DNA from: Eledone cirrhosa
Lineage: Eukaryota
Length of the DNA stretch: 64,000 nt
NCBI GenBank assembly: GCA_964016885.1
Contig: OZ024747.1
Coordinates: 54,994,001-55,058,000, forward strand
Direction: 5' to 3'
Under the pieces are notes generated by a model. The model was not told where the DNA came from, did no database searches, and was given only the letters and a program-made list of their open reading frames with translations. The position numbers and the translations under genes were made by a program. Below, one piece after another: positions 13,149 through 28,080 of this stretch. Position 1 is the stretch's first letter; the number at the start of each line of letters is the position of its first letter.

Positions 13149-16100
13149 TAGAAAGTGAGGATTTTTTTACAAAATGAAAAATAACCGAGGTGTCCTACAC
13201 GAGTGAAAGTATAAAGAAAAAAAGATGAAATCGAAAATGCAACTGGAGTCTTATTTAAAAAAAATATATATATATTTATTTGGTTCCTTTACCGGTTTCG
13301 CAGTTCTTCTGCTTTTCAAAAGTAGAGTTGAGATGGAGGGCTGTGGTTTTTCTCACATCTGGTTGGTCTCTGAATGTTACTTGTTTTATATGGAAAAAAG
13401 TGGCTCGAAATGCCAGGTTTTTCGAGAAGTAATTTGATTGGTTGGTCTAAAATTATAATAAATTTCGCGCCAGTTCGCGTTACAAAGTTCTTCAAACAAG
13501 GTGGGAGCGGGGGTATCACAGGTTGTTTTTTTCATATATGAGTGTTTGAATTTCTTTTTACTTTAAAAAAAGGGGGCTCACGTAGGCTTTTTTTTTAATA
13601 AACGTAATTTGATTGGGTATAAATGGAATTATGGCAGTCACGTGAACAAGTTTTCATTAAATTTTCGCGCCCTTATTTGGAAATCTATTCTGTAGCCTTT
13701 TTAGAGAATTTTATGTCAAGAAAAGATAATGGTCAAGAGAAATTAGATGGGAGAATTGTTCTGGTTCAGAGAATATGCTTAGTTCGCTGGGGTATCAGAA
13801 TTCAGATTTTGTGTGTGTGTGGGAGTATGTTAAGATGGAGAGAATATATATATTTTGTGTGTGTATATATGTGTGTAGGAAAGTGATTCTATTAGTAGAA
13901 ATGGGAGTGGGAGTTGTGTGTGTGTTGGTGGGGGTTGTTATGTGTGTGTATGGGTGTTATGTGTGTGGGAGTATGGTTAACATGTTTAGATGAAGAGAAT
14001 ATATATATATATTGTGTGTGTGTGTGTAGGACAGTGATTCCTTTAGTAGGAATATTTTTGAATGAACATATTTTCCTTACTTATTCGTATTTGTTATGTT
14101 GTATTGTCAGTGCAAGCGTATGTTAAGGTTTATTTAGTTCGGGTTTTTATTTTCTAAAGTAGAAGGTTTTATGTGTGTGTGTATGTGTCTGTTTGGATGG
14201 TTAGCATGTTATGGTGTTGACATAATGTATATTAAACCATATTTAATGCAGATCTATATTTTTGAATAAACATATTTTCCTTATTTACTCGGATTTGTTC
14301 TGTTGTATTGTTAGCGCAAAGATAAAATGGGAAGACTTAGAATTTGGGTGTCTTATTACTTGCGCATATGTCTAGATGTGCGCTTAGTGGTATCTCTCTC
14401 GTGGTTGGATCTCGTAATTGTTGGCTATGAACTGTCATTCTGTTTCTGGGTGCGAGTTCAGTTTGTCCTATATAATCTTCATTGCATCCTTTACATTTAA
14501 TGGCATAAAATAGATTTTTTGATGTGCAAGTGAAGTAATTTTTTACAGTAAAATTTTGTCCCGATTTAAATGTATGCGTGTTGCCTTCAATGAGGTGAGG
14601 GTAGGTTCCACAATTAGAGCGACCACATTTTTTGACAGTTGGTTGTGGGTTTGTGGTAGGTAATTAGGCATTGGTGAGTAATGTTTTCAGTGATTTCGGT
14701 TGTCTTTTGCTTTTGATTATTTTGTGTGTTTCAAGGGCTTTTCTCATTCTTAGGTTTTGTTTTAGTAGTGGGATGTTCTTGTGAATAGTGTTCTAAGGTT
14801 CCGCATTTATTGGGTTGTGTGTTGAGATATATGATAGAATATTGGACGTACCTTGAATTTGTTTCTGTTTTCGTAATTAATCAATGCCTATTGCTTTAGC
14901 CCTTTCTATTCCATTATTTATTAGTAATGGTGGGTATTCTCTTTCGAGTAGAATTTCCTTTAATTCTTGAAGTCTTTTATTTCGCGTTTCATAATTGGAG
15001 ACAATTGTGCAAATTCTTCTTGCTAGGTTAAAAGGAATGTTCGTCTTCGTGTGCTTTGGATGGTTGGAGGTGAATAGCAAGTATTGTTTGGAATCTGTTT
15101 GTTTGTAGTGTATGTCAGTTTCAATATTCGTGTCTTTTTTTAAGATTAAGATGCCCAGAAATGGGAGTTGATCTTGGCTGTATTCCATTGTGAATTGGAT
15201 GTGGTTATTGATGCCGTTTATTAAGTTATGGAAATCCTAAAGTTGGTCGAGTGTGTGGGACCACATAATGAGACAATCATCCAAGTAGCGTTTCCAATTA
15301 TCTGATAAATATTTGTGGAAGTTCAATCCGTATTTTGATTTGGACTGTTCATATATCTGGACTTCTATGTATGCCATGACTAAGTTGGCATAAGTTGGAG
15401 CGGCTTTTGTACCCATCGCAGTCTCCGATATTTGCCTTTAAGTATTGCCATCGAAATCAAAAAAGTTGTTCTGAAAGATGAATTTTAATCCCTCGGTGAT
15501 GAAGATTTTTCTATTCTGCCAGGTATCTCATTGGGATATTTCTCTAGCCAGAATCCTATTGCTTCTAGTCCGTATTGGTGTGGGATCGTTCTGTAGAGAT
15601 TCATTACATCGAAAGACACAATAATAGTGTCGTTGTTGACATGTTTAGGGAGGTGGTTTCAGAGGTCCAGATCAAGGCTTGGTATGTGTTTGCGAATTGG
15701 TTTTAGTAGTATATCTATAAAGTTGCTCAGTCTGTGTGTTTCACATTGTGGGCCCACTACAATTGGTCTTAATTTAAGGTCTGTGGGGTATTGTGTGTTC
15801 ATGCAGACTGAGGTGGTTTGTTTACAGGCATCGGTAATTATTTTACACTTGTGGATCTTCGGAAGTCCGTAAATGTTGCTGGTTTTGTATTCAAAATGTG
15901 TTAAATAATCGCGTTCCTTTTTAGTTAGGTCTTCCTGGTATCGATAAATCAGTGTGTTTAATCTGGTCATTGTTTTTGATTGCTGGTAGTTTTTTACTCT
16001 TTCATAGTAATTAGCATTTTGTAAGAGAGAGAACATAGAATTTTTATATTTTTCAGCCTCCATAATGACAACAGTACTTCCCTTGTCCGCTTCCTTAATT

Positions 16101-16378
16101 ATAATGTCCGTATTGTTTTTTAGTTCATTGATAATCTCCCATTTCCTTCGACTCGTGTTGGGTTTGGGTTTAGGTTGCGGTAGTTCATGGTATCGGAAAG
16201 TAGCTATGTGGTCACAAAATGTGTCCAGAACTCTGTTTCTACCTTTTGTTGGGATTAGCTGCTTTTATTCCGTACAATTGATTCGTCGTTATTCTCCTTG
16301 TCAAAGAATTCCTCTGTGAGACGTAATTTTCTACAGAAGTGTGAGATATCGTCATTTAACTCATTGGGGTTAGAGTAT
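13149..16378 (-). mobile_element. Second decayed copy of the same PLE family (RT, GIY-YIG, 3' region), 5'-truncated
   Basis: ORF fragments 15659-16063 (YGLPKIHK, LRPIV) and 14877-15188 (LPFL, thumb region) match the 60-62 kb copy. The 3' end at 13149 abuts a TA tract. Confidence 0.92.
13287..13322 (-). ncRNA. U3-A8 hammerhead in PLE copy 13149-16378
   Basis: Reverse complement of the 63668-63703 motif. Confidence 0.72.
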
Positions 16379-17029
16379 ATAAATGGAGTCATTAGACTAA
16401 AATTCTAACTAGGAAACCGAATGATTCTCCGCTTCAGAGTTAAGAATAAAGTAAATAAAATACAATACAGAGGTAATTGAAATGAAATAAATACATACAC
16501 GCGTCCAAATACGTACATACACAAATATACGCGAAAACACTCGCCATAGGTATACAAAACCACGCACATATAAATATGTGTGAGTATGTGCGTTTATACA
16601 AATAAATAAATAATTAAATAGACGTATATAAATAAATAAATACGTATATAACAAGCGCACACACATACCTACATGTAAATACACAAATGTTCGGAGACGT
16701 ACGTCAACCAAAACATGAAGTACGCATACACACACCCAACATACGTACGAACCCGCATACTCACACTGACGCAAAACTCCTGTATACACATAACCAAAAG
16801 CATCTGTACCAGAATATATAAAAATATATGCCATAACATATACAATCAAATATACGTACGAGAAAGTATATGTACCTTCACAAAATATACAGGTAATATA
16901 TAATTACCTATGCAAATAAGTAATGGTTTAAACATAACATATACTTAGCTACCACATCAAGACGTAAAATATCCCCGTATAGATCGTACTATCCGTTAGG
17001 GTATAATGTGGGGCTGTAATAAGGAAAGT

Positions 17030-17544
17030 TTTGTGCAATTTAGTCTATGACTTCAGCTATACCATTTAAGGGGTTTTGTCTTTGCGTGCAATTGTTCTCC
17101 ACGCTCCACATATGACGTATTATCGTCGTTTTTTCCGTTCATTGCCAGAGGACGTCTCTACGAACCACCTAAGAGAACATTAGTCTACGACTTCTTTTAT
17201 ACCATAAACGTGGTCCTGTCTTTGCGTGTAATTGTTTTCAGCGCTCCTATTAATGACGTATTATATTCGTTTTTTTCCCGTTCTTTGCCAGGGAACATTT
17301 CCACGAACCAAAGTATCGTCTTCCTGTCTTCCTCCGGTTGCAACGTTTTTTGAAATATCCACTTCTGCGTTTCAGATTGACTTTGTTAGTTTCAGAAGAT
17401 TCCGTTAAGGGTGAAAGCAGCGATTCTTTGCTTAAACTTTAATCTGTTATTTTAATAAATATTTGCTCTACGGTTCTTATATATTTGATATATATTTTCC
17501 TTATCGAGCCCTCTTTGGATTTTAGTCTTCAAATTTATTATTAT

Positions 17545-17548
<4 letters not shown>
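17030..17548 (+). mobile_element. Family K element with about 140-bp internal subrepeats, an HHR-like fold and a tail ending in (TA)n
   Basis: Reverse-complement homolog of 5735-6150; a further fragment lies at 16377-16448. Confidence 0.7.
17388..17438 (+). ncRNA. Hammerhead-like fold with an A4 core variant, family K
   Basis: agttt CAGAAGA ttcc-gttaa-gggt GAAA gcag-cgattct-ttgc TT aaact. Confidence 0.6.
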
Positions 17549-17596
<48 letters not shown>

Positions 17597-18789
17597 AAGA
17601 TTCCTGTATACTATATATATATATATAAGTTATATATATATACATGTGTGTGTGCGTGTGTGTGTATTCTATTTTATTTCTATTATTATTATTGGGATTT
17701 TTTCGTGCAATGACCATACTCAATAACGAGGGGGCAGCCATCATGTACATATGTATGCATGTATGTATGTATGTAGGCTACGTGGGATATTGCTGCCGAA
17801 TGCGCGAATCATTGTCAACTTTGTCTATGAAAAATGACACGTGTGAGTGTTTGTGTGGTTCTTCGTGCGCACAGACGTGTTAGTGCATCTGTTAGGATGG
17901 TTGGCTACATGTACGTATGTAACAAAGTGTTTCCTTTTTGTGACGATTGTCATCGAAATGTCCGTTCTTCTCCATCACCGGACTGCCATTTTCCTCTGAT
18001 AACTCTGAATGCCAGCATTTCGATTGAGGAAGGAACCCAGTGAAGTGGAATGGCTGATGTAGCGGATATCACTGGCTGTTTTTCACCTGAATTCTTTTAC
18101 CATATTTTCTGCTGGGTACAGCTCAGTTATACCATCCAGCCAAGGTGTAACCTATTTTTACGTTCTCTGTTTCATCCTTTTTTCCTTTTTCATTCATTCA
18201 TTCCTTCATTCATTCTTTCTTTCTTCACTCCTTTCCTTCTACTTTATTTTCTTTCTTTTAGTAATTTTCATTTTACTAATTTTTATTTCTCTTTCTCAAA
18301 TTTCTCTCTTTCTTTTTTTATATGATTATATTGGTGAAAATGAAATTATGCTGTAAAAATATCTGATGGTTGTTCATCTCAAAGTATTTACCTTATATCA
18401 CCAGAAAATACTTTGACTATACTTTGCTCTGTTTGTTTTAAGTTATAACATTTCATATTTCTTTATTATATTAATATATGATCGTTGATAGCAGAATTTG
18501 TAGAGTGTCTGACAAGTTAAATTGTGGATTTTCTCCCGCTCTCTCATTACTAGTTTCAAACTCCATCTATGTCAACTTTACCTTTCATTATTCCGGTTAC
18601 ATAATACATAATACCAGTAATGTACTGGCGTCGATTTGATCTACAACACCTCTTCGAAATGCTGGTCTTGAGCCTAAATTAGAAAACATTACATTAATAT
18701 TGACTTCTTGAATTAGATCAAAGTCACGCATATTTGGGTGAAAGTATATCTGATAAGATCGAACACGTATTGCTGTGATGTGTTATTTT

Positions 18790-19060
18790 ATCGACACTCC
18801 AGCCCAGCTGATTGAAAGGGAATGTTCAACATACGGTGGAAATTTCTGGTGACCTTAGCCCAAGGACAGTCACCCAACTCAACACCATCGGCACTTTGGT
18901 GGGCTATGTGCAGGTATGAGTCTTCTCTATTCTCTCCTTCGGAGCCGCGGAATGGCCACCACATGGACCCCCATTTGTTAATAATAGTAGGAGATTGCGA
19001 GAGCGAGAGAGACGGAGGTAATGGCAATGGGAATTTCATTCTATGGTGTTCAGACACAAT
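18790..19060. repeat. Unclassified repeat of about 260 bp; diverged copy at 32205-32445
   Basis: Shared cagctgatt...ggaccccatttg...gcgagagaga.gg...gtgttc.gacacaat. Confidence 0.6.
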
Positions 19061-19793
19061 CTATATGTATATATTTATTTGACACTAAGTGTAAATGTAT
19101 ATACAAGAAACATTAGGTACATCCTCACTATTACTATTACTTCATTATTAGATTCCTGTAACAACTTGTTCTCTAAATGAGACAAACAAGAAATGTAGCT
19201 AACTAATAAAATATATTATTGCCCGATCTTCAACCGTTTTTCAAAATCTAACAACAATATATTTGTCTTTTTAATAACTCCGAGTTCATTCCTATCTTTT
19301 TCCACTCCCTGCGACTTGTCTTTTTCTATCACCTTACTACTATCCTCTTTCTCTCATCCCCCTTCTCTCTCCTTGTACCTCTTATTTTCATTCACCTCCT
19401 CTGCTGGTCACACTCTGTCAGCTGGCCTCTCCCTCAAACTTTCACCCACTCGCTCTCTGCTACTCCTCCTCTCTCACTTCCTCCCGTCTGACCTGTGTGA
19501 AATCCTTTTCTCGCTCACATTTCGCAGGTTTCGGACGCGTCTGTCGTCTTCTCGTCATTAATTTGCTAGAACTTAAGTTCACATGTATCATTGACTTGTT
19601 TTCTCAATTTCCTCGCTTTACGTTGCATTACCATTTTGTTTGTTTACATGTCTCTATTTCTCCACCTATTCTTCGTGTCCCAATAACTTATTTTAGTTAT
19701 TGTTCGCACTGACTTTGAGGTATCTGGTCTTTAATGTGAAGAAATACCGATGATAATCAGAAGATCACTGATGATGGACAGCCCTGTTTATTG

Positions 19794-19876
<83 letters not shown>

Positions 19877-20084
19877 GTACATGTACACACATACCTATAC
19901 AGATATATTTCATGTTACAAAGGAAAAGTTCCATAGTTACTACGAAGTTTCAGCAATAGTACGCCACCTGGTAATATAACATTTGGCAATATCGAGGATT
20001 TTTGTTCTTCGACGAATATCCATATCGAGGTTGAGAGAGTAAGAGAAAGAAAGTGAGAACGAGAATTATACAGACACACTCGCA

Positions 20085-20122
<38 letters not shown>

Positions 20123-20125
<3 letters not shown>

Positions 20126-20527
20126 AGGGAGTGTAACTTGGAATTACTGTAGGTTCACCCGGGTGAGCACTCAATGTTTAGGTTCACTTCAGTGTCGAGG
20201 TGTAGAGCTAGACAGAGTGTATTATAGTGAAAAGGTAACAAGGACGATTGGTTACTCCTTTATTACATTTATTTGTTGGTGACGCGCGTTTCGCCAATGA
20301 TCAGTTCAAGGTTCGATCTGTATCGATCTTACCCGGCTCTGTAATCTGCGGATCGTCGGACCCCTTTTCTACTAGCTTTACAATGGGTCTGACGAGCCGC
20401 AGATTACAGAGTCGGGTAAGATCGATATAGATCGAACTTTGAGGTGATCAATGGCGAAACGCGCATTACTAACCAATGAATTTAAATGAAGGAGTAATCA
20501 AACGTCCTTGTTTTCTTATCACTATAT
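20123..20527 (-). mobile_element. HHR fold-back element, family D, copy 2 (full arm and tail on the - strand)
   Basis: Inverted arms 20224-20364 / 20385-20527. Tail 20123-20223 is the reverse complement of 9072-9172. TA tracts on both sides. Confidence 0.75.
20278..20362 (-). ncRNA. Hammerhead with an approximately 54-nt stem II insertion, family D (mirror on the + strand at 20386-20470)
   Basis: Consensus of the two arms: ggt C(C/T)GACGA gcc-[insert]-ggc GAAA cgcgcg TC acc. Confidence 0.62.
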
Positions 20528-20533
20528 ATATAC

Positions 20534-20626
<93 letters not shown>

Positions 20627-20795
20627 TTCAGATAGATAGATAGAGAGAGGGAGAGGGAAAGGGAACGGGTAGAGAGAGAGTGGTAGTTAAAGAATTAGGC
20701 TGAGAGATCGTGAGATATCAAAAGGAATATCTCAGACATTTTCAAAATGCAAGAATATCTCTTCGTGAGGAAAAACGAAATACGTAAACACATAG

Positions 20796-20906
<111 letters not shown>

Positions 20907-21018
20907 TAAACATATATACACACACACACGTACACACACACACATATATATATATATGTATATACATAGATATGTATATCTGTCTGTCTCTGTATATCCC
21001 TCCCACCCCCTCTCTCTT

Positions 21019-21068
<50 letters not shown>

Positions 21069-23860
21069 CGTGCGTGTGTGTGTGTGTGTTCAACATGAAT
21101 CTTTAACTGGAATATCTATAACACATTTTTATTTCCTTAAAGTTACTGAAAAGCAAGAGTGTGCTATCAAACTTGGTAATTAATTAAGTACTGGCATCAG
21201 ACGGATTTCAATTGAGAATGGTAGATGCCGCTAAAAACACTGCAAAACATCTTGTTCTACACATAATGATTCTGCCAATCCACCGCTTTACTAAAATACT
21301 TTATCTATGTACTCTGAAATTATGTAAGTTGACTTGCATGGGATTTGATCTCAGTACGCAAACTGCCTGAACAAAACCGTTCTACCATTTCTAACAAATC
21401 ACCCCCATGTTCTTGTCCCTCACACATCCAAATTCCCTACCTTTCAAACCAATATGCTTATACACACATCTTATATTCAATACAAATCGCTGGTAGTTTA
21501 ATAGCATTGGAAACATCAGTTTATTTGCGTTGAAGATATCACACCTTTTACATTCTACTCAGATATTCCACCGCCAAACACAGAATGTGATGTCTCCTGT
21601 TAGAATATCAATTTTTCTGATAGCTAAATAACACACTCTTATTAACCCAACCCATACACACCACAAAACAAAACAGAACAAAACAATCCTAAACATCAAC
21701 GAAAACCTCAACTCACTCTTAATTACTCACCACTAAATGTTCCAACTATAATCTCTAATAAAAATGGAGAACAATTCTCACCTGCTGATCTCTTTGTGGG
21801 ATAATAATTACACATAACGTTAAACATGAAGTGCTAACCGATCAACATAACATTGAATCACAAACCGAAATAAATTCTTGCAGAAATCATGCGTGTTTTA
21901 TTGAGATTCTTTAGAAAAAATAAATGAAAATAAATGAAAATGTTTTTATATTCACTGCTATATATTTATGTATTTATCTATCTATTTATATATGTTTATA
22001 TATTTACTGGTATATTTATGTCGTCGTTGTATCATCCTATAATTGCACACTTCATCCATTAATTCTTTTGATTTACATTTGTTCACCTGACCTTAAGTTG
22101 TCTTTCTGAACGATGTCTCATGGTGCAAATAGGTTTATGATTTATATTCCTACCACACCTAAACAAAACCCCTTCCCGTAAAAAAAAGGGCGACGATGTT
22201 CACTAAAAGAATATATACATAATAATATTCTAATATAAAAACAAAATATAACATTTTAAAACATAAAAGCTAGAAAATATAAATAACATCTTCCTAAAAA
22301 TAATATGAAAATTATGAAAAAATATAAAAGTATTTCACAACACTTTCATATATTTCATATTTTTAAAGGTTTTTACATAATAATAATAATAATTATTATT
22401 ATTATTGTTGTTGTTGCTCTTGTTGTTATTGTTGTTGTTATTGTTGTTGTTATTGCTGTTGTTGTTGTTGTAGGTTTCTGTTGTTACCGATGATATAATT
22501 TTGTTGAAGTTATTTCAATTTTCTTTTCATTGGCCGTGTTTCAAAATCTCATTCAATTCATGCTCTTCAAATGTTTTCACAGTCTTCCTGTTTTCTCCCC
22601 CATTTGCATTCCTCTCCCGTGTTTTTCTTCTTTATTCCCCCACTATTCACCTCTACATCAACACCGCCACCTACCCATGGCATTATTACCACTGCTACAA
22701 CAATAACAACTACCACTATCGTGGCTAACACTAACACTACCACAACCACTTCCTTCACCTTTAGCTTAAATGTTCCTTCTCTTGGCTGAGCAGAATTCCG
22801 TATGAAGGAGGAAGCAGAAGATGATAAAACAAAATTCCTGTATCGAGGTGTCTTTAAAAAATATATAATAAATAAAATATAATATAAAAATATGAACTAA
22901 GAATTAAAACTAAATAAAAAACAACTTTATAAATATCAACATAAACAACAACAGTGGCAAGGAGGAAAAGACGAAGAAGATGAGGCATAAGAGATGGTAG
23001 GAGAAAAAGGGGAAGAGCAATGTTTGTTCTGTTCGTTATAGAGGTCTAATAGGATTTTATCAGTGACAGGAACTACGTAATAATGCTAAATTCACTTAAA
23101 ACTGTCTGTCAGCCACAAACGACCATAATTAGCTTGTCAGATGTGAACTGTGAGTTTACAGAGTTGGGCGGGGGCTTTTAAAGTTACAACAAACTACAAA
23201 AAAAATTTGGAAGAAAAAATATCAGACAAAGAAAAGATAGCGAACGAAAAACAGAAATAAATATAAATAGAAACAAACAAATTTTAAAAGTAAACAAAGA
23301 AAAACAGTGTAGGAGAGAAAAATTGCGAAAATCTAAAAGATTCAAACATAAAATCCAATAAAACATTAGAGAATTTAAAATATATAAAAATATAAAAATA
23401 CATCGAATAAAATAGCAGAGCATGAAAGAGGAAAAAAAAGGCAAAATAGAAAAAGAAACAAAATGGCGGAAAGAAAGTGAAATGAAACGAAATGAATAAT
23501 TTTAAAAAAGAAGATACAAACAGAAATGTAAAGTAAACTAATATAAAATAATAAAAAAAAACATTAGTGAAACCAAACGAAAGGAAACATAAACCACAGA
23601 TAAAGAAAAGAAGAAATAAAGAATAAAAAGAGTAAAATTTTCAAAACCTGTAAAATATGGAGAGAGATAAAAAAAATTAAATAGTGTGAATAAAATATTA
23701 ATGAAACGTAAATACTAAATAAATATAAAATAAAATAAAAAATGATAGCAAAAATAAATCAATAAATAAACTCAGAAATGTAAATAGAGTAAATAAACAT
23801 AAAATAGTGAAAACGTGAAAGAAAAAATGGAGAATAAAAGAAAATTAAAATAGACCAAAG

Positions 23861-23926
<66 letters not shown>

Positions 23927-24332
23927 CATATAGATATATATGTATATATATGTATAATGATATGGATGATGAAATAAATAAAATAAATATTTTGAAATGT
24001 AAAAAATATATATAATAAAGAATAATATGAATAAAAACATACATATATATATATATATATATATGTTCGATAGAAGCGTAAACGAAAGATCCTGAAAGAG
24101 TAGAGGGGGCAGGTGAATAGGTATATGCATATATTATGTGTGTATGTGTATGTGTGTTTGTGTATAATGATCTGTAAATAATTAAAGGGTCATAAATAAG
24201 TACCTAATTTATATGTTTGTATGGCTGGCTGCGTGTAAATATGCGTAAATATATATTTACGTACGTGCAGCTATCCATCTATTTATGTATGTAAATGTGT
24301 GAATATATATATATATATATATACATATATAC

Positions 24333-24453
<121 letters not shown>

Positions 24454-24555
24454 CGTATATACATACATTCACACAGACACACGTACATACATACACACAC
24501 AGACACTTACACACACACAGACTCACACGCACACACTCACATATATATATATATA

Positions 24556-24617
<62 letters not shown>

Positions 24618-24949
24618 CACATATATATACACACATACATGTGTCTATAAAAGTGTTAAATTAATATGTTGACATTACTCTTAAAGACAAGATGATCTTC
24701 AATGGGGGCAAGTGTTAGGTCGTGGTGGTATTTGTGGTTGGGACGGTATATGCTATTAGTGATGAAGTTGGAGGTGGTGGTGTTAATGGAGGCTGGATTG
24801 TTGATAGTGTTGGTTGTGGTAGGAGAGGAGGTGTTGGCTGTGGTAGTGGTAGTGGTAGTGGTTGAACGTCAGATCATAATGATGTTCGTAATTATTGTGA
24901 TGTTGAAGGTATGTTTAATACCGCTGGTTATGATTACAATGTTGGTGGC

Positions 24950-25800
24950 GGTATTTATGATGGTGGAAGATATGATGTTATTATCCGCCTATTTATAGCT
25001 GTTCGTGCTGCGATTTTGTTTAACCCTTGGTCAGCTATAACCTGGCACATTTATGATCAAAAGCCTTAACGGAGTGACCAACACAGTGGCTGTGGTAGTG
25101 GCGGTGTGTATGGTGGTGGAAGATATGATGTTATTATCCGCCTATTTATAGCTGTTCGTGCTGCGATTTTGTTTAACCCTTGGTCAGCTATAACCTGGCA
25201 CATTTATGATCAAAAGCCTTAACGGAGTGACCAACACAGTGGCTGTGGTAGTGGCGGTGTGTATGATGATGGAAGATATGATGTTATTATCCGCCTATTT
25301 ATAGCTGTTCGTGCTGCGATTTTGTTTAACCCTTGGTCAGCTATAACCTGGCACATTTATGATCAAAAGCCTTAAAGGAGTGACCAACACAGTGGCTGTG
25401 GTAGTGGCGGTGTGCATGATGGTGGATCATATGATGTTATGGTGGATTGGCAGTATCGGTAGAGGGTCTGACGCCATGCTTTTCAGCAAAGAGTTACGTC
25501 CATTTATGGTCTGAGTTAAAATCCTGCCAAGGTTAACTTTGCCTTTCATCCTTGCGGGGGTCGATAAAATAAAGTACCAGTAATACAGTGGGATAATTGC
25601 TGGCCTTGTGCCAAAACTAGAAACACTTTTTATCTGCCTACTTATAGCTGTTGGTGCAGCTATTTTGTTTAACCCAAGGTCAGTTATGACCAGGTACATT
25701 TATGATCAAAATCATTAAAGCTGTGACCATCCCAGTTGTTGTTTTGGTGGTGGTCGTGTTTATGATGGCGGACCATATTGTGTTAATAGCTGCCTACTCA
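24950..25800. repeat. 153-bp tandem repeat (three near-identical units plus two diverged)
   Basis: gatatgatgttattatccgcc at 24969, 25122 and 25275; the fourth unit is interrupted by a SINE. Confidence 0.9.
25441..25626 (+). mobile_element. SINE inserted into the 153-bp tandem array
   Basis: Family match; the interrupted array unit resumes at about 25630. Confidence 0.85.
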
Positions 25801-26631
25801 AAGCTGTTGGGATTGTTATTTTCTTTGGATTGGCAATGGCGGTGAATTGGCAGTATCGACACAGCTTCGGCCACCCTGCTTCATGACACAGAGTTACGGC
25901 CCTTTACATTCGGATTGTAAGTGTATTTAACGTGATGTTGGTGGTGGTGGTGGTTCTGATGTTTGGGGGTTGGGTTATTTTTGTTGTCGCAATGTAGATG
26001 CTGCTGCTGCTGATGATGATGCTGGTGATGGTTGTTGTGTGCTAATGGTAGTGGTGATGGTCATTGCGTGGATGTTGTGTTGTTGATGGTGATGGTTATG
26101 GTGTCGTTGTTATGTTGGACGTGGTGATGGTGATGGTGATTGTTATGGTGTGGTTGTTGTTGTGTTTATGAAGGTGATAGTGATGTCGATGGTTATAGTT
26201 TGGCTGTTATGTTGATGGTGGTAATGGTGATTGTTATGGTATGGTTGTTGTGTTGATGATGGTGGTGGTGATAGTGATGGTTACGGTGTTGATGTTGTGT
26301 TGATGATGGTGATGGTGATGGTTACGGTGTGGCTGTTATCTTGATGGCGGTGATTGTTATGGTGTGGTTGTTGTGTTGATGATGGTGGTGGTGATGTTGA
26401 TGCTGATGCTTATAGTGTGGCTGTTATGTTGGTGATGGTGATGGTGATGGTTAAGGTTATGGTGTTACTATTATGATGATGTTGGTCGTAGTGATGTTGA
26501 TGCTGACATTGAAGCAAGAACGTAGGTCTTAATTGCGAGGGTTTGTGAAAGGCAGGGATATAAACTTAAACGTAAGACGAAAGGTCAACCACAAATTAAA
26601 TAACACTAATAACAACAACAACAACAAAAAC

Positions 26632-26713
<82 letters not shown>

Positions 26714-27454
26714 TTTTCATCAACAACAACTACAACAATAACAACAACTGTGGGTAACTAAGTGGGTATCTAAGTGGGTCAACCATTCGTAATGCACAAA
26801 AGTAAATGCTTAATATGTATATTTGATTTAAAGGGCCTGGATACGTTTACTTTTATATATTTATTTATGTATTTATTTATTTAAATAATCCTTATTCCAG
26901 CTTCTTGTACAATCTTTTCTTTTTTCCTCTTCATTTCACTGTCTTTCTCACTCTAATCTACTCCATCGCTTTCTCCCTATTCCTGCCTCTCTTTCTTTTC
27001 ATTAATGTCTCCCACTTTAGCACCATCTCCCCCCCCCCCCTCTTTCTAATATATTCTTCCTTGTTTCTTTTCAATTCTCTCCTCCTTTCTCTCCATCCCT
27101 TCAATTCTCTCACTCCCTCTCACTTCCTCCTCCTCTATTTAGTCATCTCTCGTTCACTCTTTCTCTCCCTTTATACATCTTCCACTTTACTATATTCCAC
27201 ACTATTTTGCCGTCATCGCCATAGCTCTAGCCCTCATTCTTTTCAACCCTTATTTTCAGGATGTAAATTTCCTTTATTACATTCTCTATTTTAAATTCCT
27301 CACGTCCCTTCTCCTTAATATCCTTCAACGTCAAATAAAATACTTCTTTATTCACGACGTTCTAGCAATCCATTCTCTTCAAATTTGAATTTTGCTTTCT
27401 CTGTATATACATATTTTTAATGTCAACCCACTATGTTAGCATTTTTGTGAAGGA

Positions 27455-27755
27455 ATAAGGATTACTGGTTTGTGTTCTTGGTTCATGATTGTGAGATTGT
27501 GAGTTTGATTCACAGCTACACAATGTGTCATTAAGTAAAACATTTCACGATGCTCCATTCCACTAAGCTGGCAAAAAAATGATTTCTCCATGTAATTGAA
27601 AAGGGTTAGCTTTGTGTCATGCTGTAACTCCCTAAAAATTACGTTAAGGCTACACGAGTTTGTGGAATGCTCAATTACTTGCACGTTAATTTCTAGAGCA
27701 GTTAGTTCCTTCGTTCAAACAACGAGAACTCACGTCGTCCGAAGCGACAGAGTTA
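27455..27755 (+). mobile_element. Decayed SINE of a second family, possibly CORE-type; related fragment at 48845-49010
   Basis: Shared agctggcaaaa...ctccct.a.aa.tacgt.aa...gtttgtggaa...tgcacgtt.attt between the two loci; degenerate tRNA-like head upstream. Confidence 0.5.
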
Positions 27756-28004
27756 GAACATATTTCTTTCTGCACCAATCTTTTCTTTCTTTTCACACCT
27801 TTATTACCTACACCCAACTTCTTTCTCGTGACTCTCTCACCTCTCTATAGAGCAAGTCTCACTTTACACACATTTCTATTCATCTCTTACATTTGATCCC
27901 GTACACTTCTCTCAAGTGTCTCCACCTCTCTTCTGTTTCATATTCATTTCATGTTCTTCGTCCTCTCCCCTTCTACACACTCTCATTCTTTCCAGTCACC
28001 CTCA

Positions 28005-28080
<76 letters not shown>

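Noticed and set aside
17925-18150. GC-richer block that could be a host exon
   Set aside because: All six frames that I read hit stops within the block and gave no recognisable peptide; cannot be supported without transcript data.
19770-19790. CTGATGA motif
   Set aside because: No downstream GAAA or stem partners before the microsatellite.
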